The position numbers and the translations under genes are program-made. Source: a virus (taxonomy: Duplodnaviria; Caudoviricetes). Taken from it: a stretch of DNA of 61,332 nucleotides. Positions 33,101-41,254 of this stretch are shown piece by piece. The stretch covers positions 1-61,332 of IMG/VR virus record IMGVR_UViG_3300020417_001896; one strand, written 5' to 3'. The first letter of the stretch is position 1. Each line of letters begins with the position of its first letter. The notes below the pieces were generated by a model, which did no database searches, was not told where the DNA came from, and saw only the letters and a list, made by a program, of their open reading frames with translations.

Positions 33101-33441
33101 AAAGGAGGTTCAGGCACGTTTAAGACTTCACTTGAGAGGACTACGTTTGCCGTTGCTGATGAGGGTGTATTGCAGTGGTCGTTAAACACTAAACCGAAAG
33201 TGTTTGCTCCATCTGAAAGCTCAATCCCATCGGGAAATACGTTAGGGTTCGGGAAGACAAAAGTAAGGTCGCCATTGATCAGAACATCACTATCTACAGA
33301 GCTGAAAGTCTCTCCCTCATAAGTGATAATGATCGAACCTGCTGAGGAAATATACCCCCTCAGAAATATATCATTTTTTGAAGTGGAATAGGTGGCTGTC
33401 CCTGAGACGCTAACACCATCGGGCTTCGTTATGTAAATCAT
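30130..33441 (-). CDS. baseplate J-like (T4 gp6-like) wedge protein with N-terminal Ig/FN3-like extension
   Basis: 1103 aa. J-family motifs FGVSRRESSQARGEVVF, IPSGTVV, GNLTSGQI and GGLDRETNLELTTRAL; C-terminal EINATEGVSHV. Confidence 0.85.
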   Translation of the reverse strand: MIYITKPDGVSVSGTATYSTSKNDIFLRGYISSAGSIIITYEGETFSSVDSDVLINGDLTFVFPNPNVFPDGIELSDGANTFGLVFNDHCNTPSSATANVVLSSEVLNVPEPPLGISVRREANAVNIVFPHVDSDVVFYTLYASTISGGGAEGYSQINLEPIDPAKYGSRSEVVENVGTVVNDISAEDVDPLIAEVSLTQKVNTVDVSNTTVGEIEVPESVSRMRVSSVISQVYLRTEISFRHFRGGTEDTFPPTILNGSFASLPASSPLFYIITSTKVVDGVEVESAYSTEVSGKPVQIQASNTSIPVVSRDDLTREMIRSIYLAQPDISVQAGSVVRDIIIDPIVSEMERSRFLLDYSYRSSSFLGLLQIDDPLNEGRSLTVENSQYKTALQSALFLQDASQVQALIDASFEKLASNFGVSRRESSQARGEVVFSTKTPPTFSFNIPSGTVVESGTVIFQTTTNVSIPLESASQFYNPVTKSYSVTAPVVAVDGGLIGNLTSGQINQGAPLGLSVTNPSPTFGGLDRETNLELTTRALGALNSIDGGTRGGYERLSRAVAGVQDSFVVDASSIYMKRDQGLGGAVDIWIKGESLSQVTDIFAPSFQSSFGSRFVPVGGLGAYRFRSLEATVDKPIYEMINRSFYNPDTTLRIQYGLRKSNGEYFDLTGYTVEDYRTIALDISIVQPSYTITEVLLGDWRSDSTSEMFLSRQPVRSVSSVVWEDGSSVENYKVNTNNDPLLLGGSSKDFVSITLSNEDKNKIKTVSEESHTIVGFYEERLDKLGADPLSLVVKSLTGKIYSNPYTSSPDYTIDDDGVGQISIKRTSASNISDGEVILISYEYLENIVVTYTTNLVVQTAQTILDEQKNLGADVVVKEIREVPLSITATVILEAGYSSAEVNSLLRYRLTSFILSESVGGAVRPSEVIREINATEGVSHVSLPLTRMSFEEGAFIVREEVLISLGGYREITSLSNSRVKVWVVDTRLLNTPQDKGGEGARIFKRNKSTGVETSLALLDDVQRVVSSNWLSNTASFIGNAGLAGVEDSSSKIVVGLEIGDDPSAYTFEVDYVVEDKDEVISEARLNNFSAFSVGELSFTFEEVQ

Positions 33442-34484
33442 GCTAAGTCTCCATCAAGAGGTATAGAACCAGGTACTGCGAAAACGAGGTTTATTCTGAC
33501 AGGTTGTGAGGAATAACTCACTACCGTAACTGTAACTAAGTATGAAGTCTCATCATCACCAACAGTTGAAACCTCTACATTTCGTACCTGTTTTACTCTT
33601 TCCTCTTGGCTCATTGTCTGTATTCTACTTTGTTGATTCTGAACATTAATCAAGTCATCTAAGGCTCTCCTCACCGACTCTCTCAATGAGTATACTACCC
33701 CTTGACTCACCTTTTGTCCGATTAACCCCATAGCAGTAGAGCCATACTCTTGATGAAATGGGTTCGAGCCGAGCCTTGTTAATAAGGTTTTCGCCACTCT
33801 TTGATAAAGCAGGTCATACCCCTCAACCATTTCCAAGCCACCCTTATTATCAAATCTAAAGTCATTCTCTACTCCTGTACCTGAACACCTCCTGCAAAAT
33901 GACTTCTCACATAGGTAAGAAAGATCAAGCAAAGAAGAAGAATGAAATGATTTAGTTAAGAGGATTTTATATCCCGTAAAGCCAACTCTCTTGCTGAGTC
34001 TCCAAGGTGGAAATACCATCTTTTTAGAAGCTCTGTAAGACGTACCTCGGAAACCAAATGTCTTCAGCGCAGAACCCTTTAACTTAAAGTTATCGAGTTG
34101 CTTATCATCTGTAATTGCAATCCCTTTGTTTGACTCTAAAGCCCTCAAAGGAAATGGAAGTTCAGTATTAAGAAAACTTACCAAGTCCTTCTGCTTATAG
34201 ATTTTAGCAGGTATCTCTATTTCCTTGTCTGCGATTTCTGCCCACCCTACAATCAGTTTGTTAGCTCCCGTTTTTATTCTATAGGGAGAAACACTAGGAA
34301 ATACAGCCTTCGCTTCAGAATACAATCCCTCTGAAGGTACCGAAACACCATCCATTCTAAGCTCTAATAACCCATCACTAGAAATAGGTGCTACAGGGAT
34401 AATCTCACGACCCCCTACTATTTCTACTTGTTCATATCGTATATGGTGTGGGCAAAGGTGAGCTATACGAGCGTCTATACTCAT
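33438..34484 (-). CDS. gp25/gpW-like baseplate (sheath initiator) protein with N-terminal extension
   Basis: C-terminal LYQRVAKTLLTRLGSNPFHQEYGS is the gp25 signature; directly upstream of the J-like gene; CRRCSGTG precedes the gp25 domain. Confidence 0.8.
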   Translation of the reverse strand: MSIDARIAHLCPHHIRYEQVEIVGGREIIPVAPISSDGLLELRMDGVSVPSEGLYSEAKAVFPSVSPYRIKTGANKLIVGWAEIADKEIEIPAKIYKQKDLVSFLNTELPFPLRALESNKGIAITDDKQLDNFKLKGSALKTFGFRGTSYRASKKMVFPPWRLSKRVGFTGYKILLTKSFHSSSLLDLSYLCEKSFCRRCSGTGVENDFRFDNKGGLEMVEGYDLLYQRVAKTLLTRLGSNPFHQEYGSTAMGLIGQKVSQGVVYSLRESVRRALDDLINVQNQQSRIQTMSQEERVKQVRNVEVSTVGDDETSYLVTVTVVSYSSQPVRINLVFAVPGSIPLDGDLA

Positions 34485-34547
34485 TTCTCCCTCTCTTTCT
34501 AAATTTTATCTCACGAAAGAGAGAGAGAATAAAGTCTCTATTACTTA

Positions 34548-37500
34548 TTAAGAATCCTGATCTAAACCAACCAACTTGGCGAAGTCTTCTAAGCACTGAG
34601 GTTCAATGCCGAGAGATAAAGCAAGATCATCGTCTGCTTTATTTACAAAAAGACCACCTAAAAGCATACAACCATGAATGAAACTCTTAGTACATTGAAT
34701 AAGGTCTTCTTTCGGCTTATCTGCCTTACCCTGTTTGGGGAGGTTTAGGTCTTCTACCCTTAAAAAGCCTGAGTTAGCAGGTGCGTCTATTTTCACAGCC
34801 GTTTCAAAACTCTCGCTAGGTACAAAGAAATCTCCAATGTTTAAGACCTTTGTTCTTAATTGATCTCTAATATCCTTCAAAGCGTCTTTAACGGCAGGGC
34901 TTACTCCTGTAGGTTCTCCTTCTTCATCTAATGGATTCTTTACTTCTTGCATTCTACTTATTACTTCTTCACCAATACCAAGAGCTTCGTAAATCTGAAA
35001 GTGTTCCTCATCTGGAAGGTACTCACCATCTTCATCAGGCTGATCATCGAAAGCATTTTCATAGACATACTCCATCGCTTCTTTAGAGAGCGCAATTCGA
35101 TTAGTTAACATAAATCCGTCTACATAATCAGAAATGGATGCGGCTGAAGCGTCTCCGAAGATGTTATCAATACTTGGGCTGAATACAGTACCCGATCTTC
35201 GGTCAAAGAACTTACGAGTTTGACCGAAAGCTGACATGAACCCTCTAAATCGAGTCTGCACATATAGGGGGTGTTCTCTAAGAGTCGGGAAGCAATCGCT
35301 AAGTGCCTCTCCAAAAGCAAAGTCCATCACAGCGTCAAGATCAGCCGATACTAAGGCTCTGCTGACTTTATTTCTAACATCAGAACTCGCTAAGAGCGAA
35401 GCCATCGTAATGTCTGACAGAACCCTAGTGTTTTTGTTGCTGTTCTTCCCGTCAATAGAGGGGAGACTCGCCATATTCTCGTTCATCTTCCGAACACTTC
35501 TCCTGAGCCGTTCTTCGGCTTTTTGGGTCTTTGTTCTTTTAATGGTAACGTCAAGATCAGTTTCTCTTACGATCTCGTCTACTCTCACAGAATATGGGGA
35601 TTTGCTATTCTCATTTCTTTGTTCACGAGCTGAGGACGCGGCTACAGAACTTGATCTCGTTCTATTATTTGACAGACGACCCATTTTCTTTTGGAGTTCG
35701 TGAGTTCCTGCGCCTATTTCTGCGAGGGTTTTTCTGTCATCCTCTGTTTTTTTCTTCTTTTTCTTCAATCTTGCTTCTAGCTTCTGTAATTCTTTAGAAG
35801 CCTCATCAATTTGCTTGTCAGTTTCAATTCTTGAACGAACTCTAGCTCTCTCAGCATAGTCAGTTAAAACGTCAGCGGCGATTGCGTCTCGGAGTGTGGT
35901 AAACGCTTTCATTACCTTCTTCTGAATCTTTTTATCCAAAGACTTTATAGACTTTGAAAGTCGAGCTTCAGGAACCAAGAAGTCTCCCTCTCTTAAAAGT
36001 CTCTCTATTTCTATTTGGACTCCCGACTCGACATGACCATCGCTTGCTTTTCTCCAAGCAGACTGCGCATTGTTGATTGCAGTAGAGATTTGAGCTTCAG
36101 ATAAAACAGGACCTTGTTTGTTCACCCCCATCACAGACTCTATGATGTTTGTGGTGTTCATTCCCATCTTTTTACCAAGCCTTCTAGCTCGAAGTGCTCG
36201 TTTTTGAGAGGGGAATTTATCTGAACCTCGCCTTGAGCTAGGCTTCAGTTCATTAATCATAGCGTCTCTTACAATTTTAGCTTTAAGACTTTCAAAAGCA
36301 CTCGCAAATTGACCGTCTTCGTCTGACTCTACAATCGCACCAACAGCGTTTCTGTAGTTCTGAGGGAAATCTGCACTGTATTCGTTGTATTGAGTAAGAA
36401 TATCTGTAAACACTTGGTTTACTTTATCTTCAAAGTCTGAGGGCAGGTTATCGTAGTCTGTTGCCTCATGTAGCTTAGTAGCTTCACCCACAGCTTCAAG
36501 AAATCCAAGCTCAAACTTGTCCATATCAGTGGGACTGAGGAAGCTAGGAGGTTCGGGCATAGACCCTATATCAAGCGTCATCTCAATAGATCGTAAGAAG
36601 TGTCTCACGTTATCAAGATTATTCGTGAACTTATCAACAATAAAATTACTCCCTTTCTTCTTATAAGGGAAAGTAATAGCACCTGAAAGAGTTTGAGAGG
36701 CTTTTTGGATATAAATCCTATAGTCGTCAAGCTCTTTCATTTTGTCTTTATACTGATCGTCTTGGAGTAATGCTCTTCTTAATTGTGAGAACCTACTCAT
36801 ATCAGTATTCGTAACTTTACCTGCAAACTGAGAAGCACCACCTTGACCCTCTGTTGCAGAAGCCATGTAATCTGTAGAGCTGAGTGAGGATAGTGGGTGG
36901 TCAGAAATAGTTACCCTACCAAGAGAAAGATTCAAGTGGTCTTTAATAGCTATACCAATCTCAAGATTCACACCACCGACAACAACTTTCGATAAGTCGA
37001 TACTTTCGAGTTCAGCGATAGCTTCTTCATTCTTTTTTCTACCACCTTTTGTAAGCTCTGCGATCATTCTTTTAAGTGCTAACTCAGTATGTCTCTCAAC
37101 AACCTCCCAGAAGCGCACATATTCTTTGACCGTCTCGTAGACTCCGATACCTGCCTTATCAGAAATATGAGCAGACATTGAGTCTAAGAGTCGTTGTGCT
37201 TTAATCATGTCTTCTTGGTATTCCTCAAAGTCGAAGAATTCGCTACCGCTTGAATTGACAAGAGTGTACTCCCCTGTGTCTTGATCAAGCACGATCTTAT
37301 TTCCTTTGTCTTTAAAGGCTGTGAAAAGACCATCGAGGCTTTGTATGTTGAGCTTTTTCTTCAACTGCACTCTTAACGAATGAGACTCTACTTCCCCTGA
37401 CAGACTCGCTGTGTCAAGGAAGCCGAGTTCTCTCTTTGTCAACCGACCTAACTGAAATAGTCTTTTGTAAGCGATTGATCTCATTTCGGATTGGACTGAG

Positions 37501-38603
37501 GCTTGAGAAGAAACGTGCTCAATATTATCAAGAGCAAATCTGAGAAGTTCTGCACCTTGAGGTCCATCTATTTCTTTAGTGAAAGCGACACCCATGATCA
37601 TAGCTACGTCTGTTTGAGGGTCAAGAGCACCTGCTTTTTGCTTAGCGAGAAGTGCTTCAGCCGCATCTCTTAACTTCTTAGACTGAAGACCTCTATTTTG
37701 GTACTCATCTAAGAATTCTTCTGCATACCCACCGTCAAAGTTCAGCTCTGTAAGGCTGTCGTAAATACTATCCCAACTCTCCTCCGCAAGCATATTTCCT
37801 GGGACGCTTATATTCTCTTCTTGCCTCATTCGGTTAATGGTGAAGTCTCTGATAGTGTTCTTGGCATATCTAAACTTGCCGACAATAGCCGAAGCCAATC
37901 TAGTCCAATCTCCTGACCTAGTGCCGTGTTCTTCTTCAGTCAAAGACGCTCTTTTTTCGTAAGATTTACGAGCAGTTGTAAGGTATCTTGCTAAGAGCGA
38001 CTTCTTACCTTTAAGTCTTCTGATGTAAGTAAGACCAAGGCTCTTTAGGTAATCGTCTCCCTCCATAGCGTGAACATCACCTGTAACAACATCTAGTATT
38101 GTATCGGCTAAGAATTCCTGTACGGGCATTCCACCTACAGTAAGTTTGCTTCGATCAAGACCTTTAACTAATGACCTCAAAGAAAAGCTTCTTCGAGCAG
38201 TTTTGTAAAGCTTAGTTACCTCTTTCATACGCTCAGTTTCTTCAGAAATGCCCGTACCCTCAAACAGCCTGTCAAGAATGTGAAAGTCATTCATTCTCTT
38301 GAGGTACTGCTTGGGGTTATCTTCTAAAAGCATTAAGTTAAACTGTCTAGGTTTCAAGTCGTCAAAGTCAACACCTGACATCACTAGAAATAAGATGTTG
38401 AAGAAAGAGCTTTCGTAAGTGTTGATTATGGTCTGCAAGTGGTTGATGTCTTCTCTTGAAAGATCGCTTGCTTTTTTAAGAATGGTAATGAGCTGACTTT
38501 TTGTCTGCGAGACTTCTGAAGCCGTCTTTGTTTGATCTCCGTAAATCGACAAAGAATATAGTTTAGCAATAACACTTCTTAACTGATTTGTACTGACGTT
38601 CAT
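34548..38603 (-). CDS. large charged alpha-helical protein of unknown function
   Basis: The ORF track starts it at 38717, but ATG 38603 (MNVSTNQ) has a GAGGGG SD and leaves room for divergent promoters. K/E/D/R-rich with a coiled-coil-like stretch and a KKKKKK run. Confidence 0.7.
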   Translation of the reverse strand: MNVSTNQLRSVIAKLYSLSIYGDQTKTASEVSQTKSQLITILKKASDLSREDINHLQTIINTYESSFFNILFLVMSGVDFDDLKPRQFNLMLLEDNPKQYLKRMNDFHILDRLFEGTGISEETERMKEVTKLYKTARRSFSLRSLVKGLDRSKLTVGGMPVQEFLADTILDVVTGDVHAMEGDDYLKSLGLTYIRRLKGKKSLLARYLTTARKSYEKRASLTEEEHGTRSGDWTRLASAIVGKFRYAKNTIRDFTINRMRQEENISVPGNMLAEESWDSIYDSLTELNFDGGYAEEFLDEYQNRGLQSKKLRDAAEALLAKQKAGALDPQTDVAMIMGVAFTKEIDGPQGAELLRFALDNIEHVSSQASVQSEMRSIAYKRLFQLGRLTKRELGFLDTASLSGEVESHSLRVQLKKKLNIQSLDGLFTAFKDKGNKIVLDQDTGEYTLVNSSGSEFFDFEEYQEDMIKAQRLLDSMSAHISDKAGIGVYETVKEYVRFWEVVERHTELALKRMIAELTKGGRKKNEEAIAELESIDLSKVVVGGVNLEIGIAIKDHLNLSLGRVTISDHPLSSLSSTDYMASATEGQGGASQFAGKVTNTDMSRFSQLRRALLQDDQYKDKMKELDDYRIYIQKASQTLSGAITFPYKKKGSNFIVDKFTNNLDNVRHFLRSIEMTLDIGSMPEPPSFLSPTDMDKFELGFLEAVGEATKLHEATDYDNLPSDFEDKVNQVFTDILTQYNEYSADFPQNYRNAVGAIVESDEDGQFASAFESLKAKIVRDAMINELKPSSRRGSDKFPSQKRALRARRLGKKMGMNTTNIIESVMGVNKQGPVLSEAQISTAINNAQSAWRKASDGHVESGVQIEIERLLREGDFLVPEARLSKSIKSLDKKIQKKVMKAFTTLRDAIAADVLTDYAERARVRSRIETDKQIDEASKELQKLEARLKKKKKKTEDDRKTLAEIGAGTHELQKKMGRLSNNRTRSSSVAASSAREQRNENSKSPYSVRVDEIVRETDLDVTIKRTKTQKAEERLRRSVRKMNENMASLPSIDGKNSNKNTRVLSDITMASLLASSDVRNKVSRALVSADLDAVMDFAFGEALSDCFPTLREHPLYVQTRFRGFMSAFGQTRKFFDRRSGTVFSPSIDNIFGDASAASISDYVDGFMLTNRIALSKEAMEYVYENAFDDQPDEDGEYLPDEEHFQIYEALGIGEEVISRMQEVKNPLDEEGEPTGVSPAVKDALKDIRDQLRTKVLNIGDFFVPSESFETAVKIDAPANSGFLRVEDLNLPKQGKADKPKEDLIQCTKSFIHGCMLLGGLFVNKADDDLALSLGIEPQCLEDFAKLVGLDQDS

Positions 38604-38678
38604 TCTGCTTTTCCCCTCGGAGGCTTGACCTGTGTTTTCAACATAATACCGCTCTATAAAAAAACAATCGAAACAGTA

Positions 38679-38705
38679 TTGACAGATGTAAGTCCATGTG
38701 ATACT
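38679..38705 (+). promoter_or_regulatory. candidate host sigma70-type promoter for the sigma-like gene
   Basis: Perfect TTGACA (38679-38684) and an extended -10-like TGTGATACT, but the spacer is only 15 bp; AGGAG SD before ATG 38780. Confidence 0.4.
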
Positions 38706-38779
38706 AACTACACACACTGAGCGAAGAGTCTAAGACTCACTAAGTCGTTCATTTTATCCCTGAGTGCAGGAGTACACAC

Positions 38780-39835
38780 ATGATAAACCAAACACAAGAG
38801 CAAGTCTCTTGGGCGGAGCCTATTTCTTCAGAATCTACAATAATAGCAAGTTGGGGGAATGACTTAGGTCTAGCCTTTAAGCCTTCGACCTCCGAACTCG
38901 AAATTGATCTAACGGTCGAACTTGATCATCATTTCTCTGATCTGCCCAAACTCGATCTGACGACTGATCTTGCCCATCATTTCTCTGATCTTCCCAAACT
39001 CGATCTGACGACCGACCTTGCTCACCATTTCCCTGAGATTCAGACTCGTGTAAAGAACGCTCCACGAGAGACTCGTAAGACCAAGCGCAAAGCAGAGTCA
39101 AAGTCCATTACTCTCAACGAGACTGCAAGCTACCTGTACGCACAGGGGGATAAAGATATACGCTTCTCAGAGTGGAAATCAAAGCTCATCTACTTCTCTT
39201 CTGTAAAGCACAGTCTCTGTCGGACAAATGAAGCTGAAGATACAGTCTTAGAGTTCCTTTCATGGGTTATTGAAGAAGATAAGCTCAAAGATCGAACACA
39301 TAAGAAAGTGCATTTCAATTGGGTACAGCGAAAAATGTTCTTTCAGTACATGACACGTTTGAGAGAGACGCAGGGGCAAGACATTTTGCATAGACATAAC
39401 AGTAAATATTGTCGTACTCAGCAAGAGAAGAAGCTAGATACCGAGTTTAAATGGGTGCCTCCCACCACTCACTCAAAGTTCAATCAATATAATGATGAGG
39501 GGAAGATCACTAACTCTGAGCTGTACCTCAACGACCAAACGAACGTAGAAGAAGAAATGACTCAGAGTAAGGGTTGGTCTTTGCTCTTCGATGAGGTCGA
39601 TTTGATGTTGTCTGACGAGGAAGACGTAGACAAGAGTCTTTGGGCTTCAATCCTCACTGATTTCTTCCAAGGCACATTTGATGGTGTTTCTAAAGTAAAG
39701 CGAGAGCAAGATGAGGCATGGGCTAACTCTTGTGAGATCAGCGTACAAGAACTCCGATCTATCAGACGTAAAGTCCTTAAAATGGTGAAGAAGAACCCAA
39801 AGATCGTGAAGATCGCAACGCAGTATTTCACTTAA
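38780..39835 (+). CDS. divergent RNA polymerase sigma-factor-like protein
   Basis: EAEDTVLEFLSW...HFNWVQRKMFFQYMTRLR resembles sigma region 2; C-terminal EAWANSCEISVQELRSIRRKVLKMVK resembles the region 4 HTH. Pattern-level only. Confidence 0.5.
   Translation: MINQTQEQVSWAEPISSESTIIASWGNDLGLAFKPSTSELEIDLTVELDHHFSDLPKLDLTTDLAHHFSDLPKLDLTTDLAHHFPEIQTRVKNAPRETRKTKRKAESKSITLNETASYLYAQGDKDIRFSEWKSKLIYFSSVKHSLCRTNEAEDTVLEFLSWVIEEDKLKDRTHKKVHFNWVQRKMFFQYMTRLRETQGQDILHRHNSKYCRTQQEKKLDTEFKWVPPTTHSKFNQYNDEGKITNSELYLNDQTNVEEEMTQSKGWSLLFDEVDLMLSDEEDVDKSLWASILTDFFQGTFDGVSKVKREQDEAWANSCEISVQELRSIRRKVLKMVKKNPKIVKIATQYFT
38906..39040 (+). repeat. in-frame 48-bp tandem repeat, about 2.8 copies (DLTxxLxHHFSDLPKL)
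   Basis: Units start at 38906, 38954 and 39002; many differences are synonymous. Confidence 0.95.
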
Positions 39836-39856
39836 AAATTAGCTCTTAAAACAGCT

Positions 39857-40363
39857 TTAACGACTTAGCAGACGACCCCTCGCTATCTCAGTAGCGTTCT
39901 CTTTGTTTTGCTTGTCAGAGCGATTATAATCGGGCATTTCAACATCAAAAGCGTCTCCCATAAGCGAGCCTAAGATGAACAAGCCTACATTGCCTCCAAC
40001 AGCAAGTGCTATCCCCCCTAGCAAGTAGACAATGACTCCGAGAATTGCAGAGATCAATAAAGTAGCTCCTGCAAATCTGAACGCCCGTTTGATTGAGAAA
40101 GAGAAATAATCATAGAGACTTCTCAATGAACTTTTGGGTGGCGCAGAGTCCACGATCTCTTGGAACTTCTTGTCTCTTTTTAGCCTTACAATTGCTCTCT
40201 GTATTTCTTCTTCGTCAGCACCTTGGAGTAGCCTCTGCCAACCCCTTGGTAAAGAAGACATCATTTTTACAAGTAGCTTTTTAGCTTTACTAAGAAATGC
40301 TTGTTTCTCCATTTCAGCTATTTTCCGATAAGCTACTCGTTGTATCATTGCTTGTTTATTCAT
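39857..40363 (-). CDS. membrane protein with N-terminal RVA/KQA motif
   Basis: 168 aa; starts MNKQAMIQRVAYRKIAEMEKQA; long hydrophobic stretch FAGATLLISAILGVIVYLLGGIALAVGGNVGLFILGSLM. Confidence 0.7.
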   Translation of the reverse strand: MNKQAMIQRVAYRKIAEMEKQAFLSKAKKLLVKMMSSLPRGWQRLLQGADEEEIQRAIVRLKRDKKFQEIVDSAPPKSSLRSLYDYFSFSIKRAFRFAGATLLISAILGVIVYLLGGIALAVGGNVGLFILGSLMGDAFDVEMPDYNRSDKQNKENATEIARGRLLSR

Positions 40364-40381
40364 AGTGTAACTTCTTTACGT

Positions 40382-40885
40382 TTAAGGTTTTCGTATGGCG
40401 AGAACATCACCTTCGTTATCAAACCGACGAGCTAGAGATTTCCAAACTCTAAGTGCGTCAGAACTTGTTGATCTACGATGGCAGTAGTTCGGGATAAAAA
40501 GAAATGGCATATTGTCATTCTGAGATAAAGCTCCTGAAATCATATTCTCATACATCAATAGCCCAAGCCCTTTACCCCTATAATCAGGGTCATTTAAACG
40601 ACTAAGAGTAACTTCTACTACTCGGACATTTCCCTCTGAATCAATCAACTCAGGAAAACGATTAATCAGAGATACCATTTCTTCGCCACATTTGAACTTT
40701 GAAATTTCTTCTACAGTGTACTTTTCAAAGTTAGCTGTAGAGATCCCTACCATACTCAATCTGTAGTACAACTCTATTTTCAAAGAGCCGTCCCAATCCG
40801 ACCTTCTAAAATCAATTTTATAGTTTTCGGGCAATGAAGACCTTGCTCTGAGGTATCGACTTGCTACTCTCTGAGGGCTGTTCAT
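40382..40885 (-). CDS. GNAT-family acetyltransferase-like protein with N-terminal RVASRY motif
   Basis: PDYRGKGLGLLMY is the acetyl-CoA-binding motif A (R/QxxGxG); SSDALRVWKSL is motif B-like. Confidence 0.7.
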   Translation of the reverse strand: MNSPQRVASRYLRARSSLPENYKIDFRRSDWDGSLKIELYYRLSMVGISTANFEKYTVEEISKFKCGEEMVSLINRFPELIDSEGNVRVVEVTLSRLNDPDYRGKGLGLLMYENMISGALSQNDNMPFLFIPNYCHRRSTSSDALRVWKSLARRFDNEGDVLAIRKP

Positions 40886-41253
40886 CTCTTCCCCCCATCA
40901 TAAGCAACAGCGTGTCCCTCTCTGATCATTATGTCATTGATTGACTCACCAAGCTCTTCCATATCCTCAGAGTATGTCCACATAACTCCAAGCCACCGAC
41001 CAAATTTACCTTTTTTGACGGTGTGTACGATGATGGTTTTACCTTCGATCATTTCCTTGAGGAAGTCTTTAGCTGCATAGCCTCTAGCTTTCTCTTCCAA
41101 GTCTCTAGTTCTTATTTCGGGTGTATTTATCCCGACTAATCGAACTTTTACACGAGCGAAATGCTTCATGCCTTGGTCGATCATTAAAGTGACAGTATCA
41201 CCGTCATATACAGAAAGGACTTCTGCTTTATAGTGGTATAAATTAAGACTCAT
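40882..41253 (-). CDS. thermonuclease (staphylococcal nuclease-like)
   Basis: VYDGDTV, VRLVGINTPE, GKFGRWLG and INDIMIREGHA are SNase motifs; no signal peptide. Confidence 0.9.
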   Translation of the reverse strand: MSLNLYHYKAEVLSVYDGDTVTLMIDQGMKHFARVKVRLVGINTPEIRTRDLEEKARGYAAKDFLKEMIEGKTIIVHTVKKGKFGRWLGVMWTYSEDMEELGESINDIMIREGHAVAYDGGKR

Positions 41254-41254
41254 T

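Noticed and set aside
33770-33810. QRVAK in the gp25-like protein as another RVA tag
   Set aside because: It falls inside the conserved gp25 helix and is probably coincidental.
476-34484. Bacterial extracellular contractile injection system or tailocin locus
   Set aside because: Contiguous with a phage-type replication module and no cellular housekeeping context.
138-36000. Many short ORFs (60-155 aa) in the track overlapping the long minus-strand genes
   Set aside because: Antisense or alternate-frame shadows of long genes, with no recognisable motifs.
37820-38140. Weak sigma region 2-like pattern in the large helical orphan (VQEFLADT...NTIRDFTINRMR)
   Set aside because: Spacing is too long and the match too loose to support without a profile search.
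34548-38717. 1389-aa ORF as tape measure protein, and its 38717 start
   Set aside because: Highly charged, without the Ala/Gly-rich hydrophobic periodicity of tape measures; the upstream start runs through the divergent promoter region, whereas ATG 38603 has an SD.
38906-39040. 48-bp repeats as a CRISPR array
   Set aside because: Head-to-tail units without spacers, in frame within a CDS; no cas genes.
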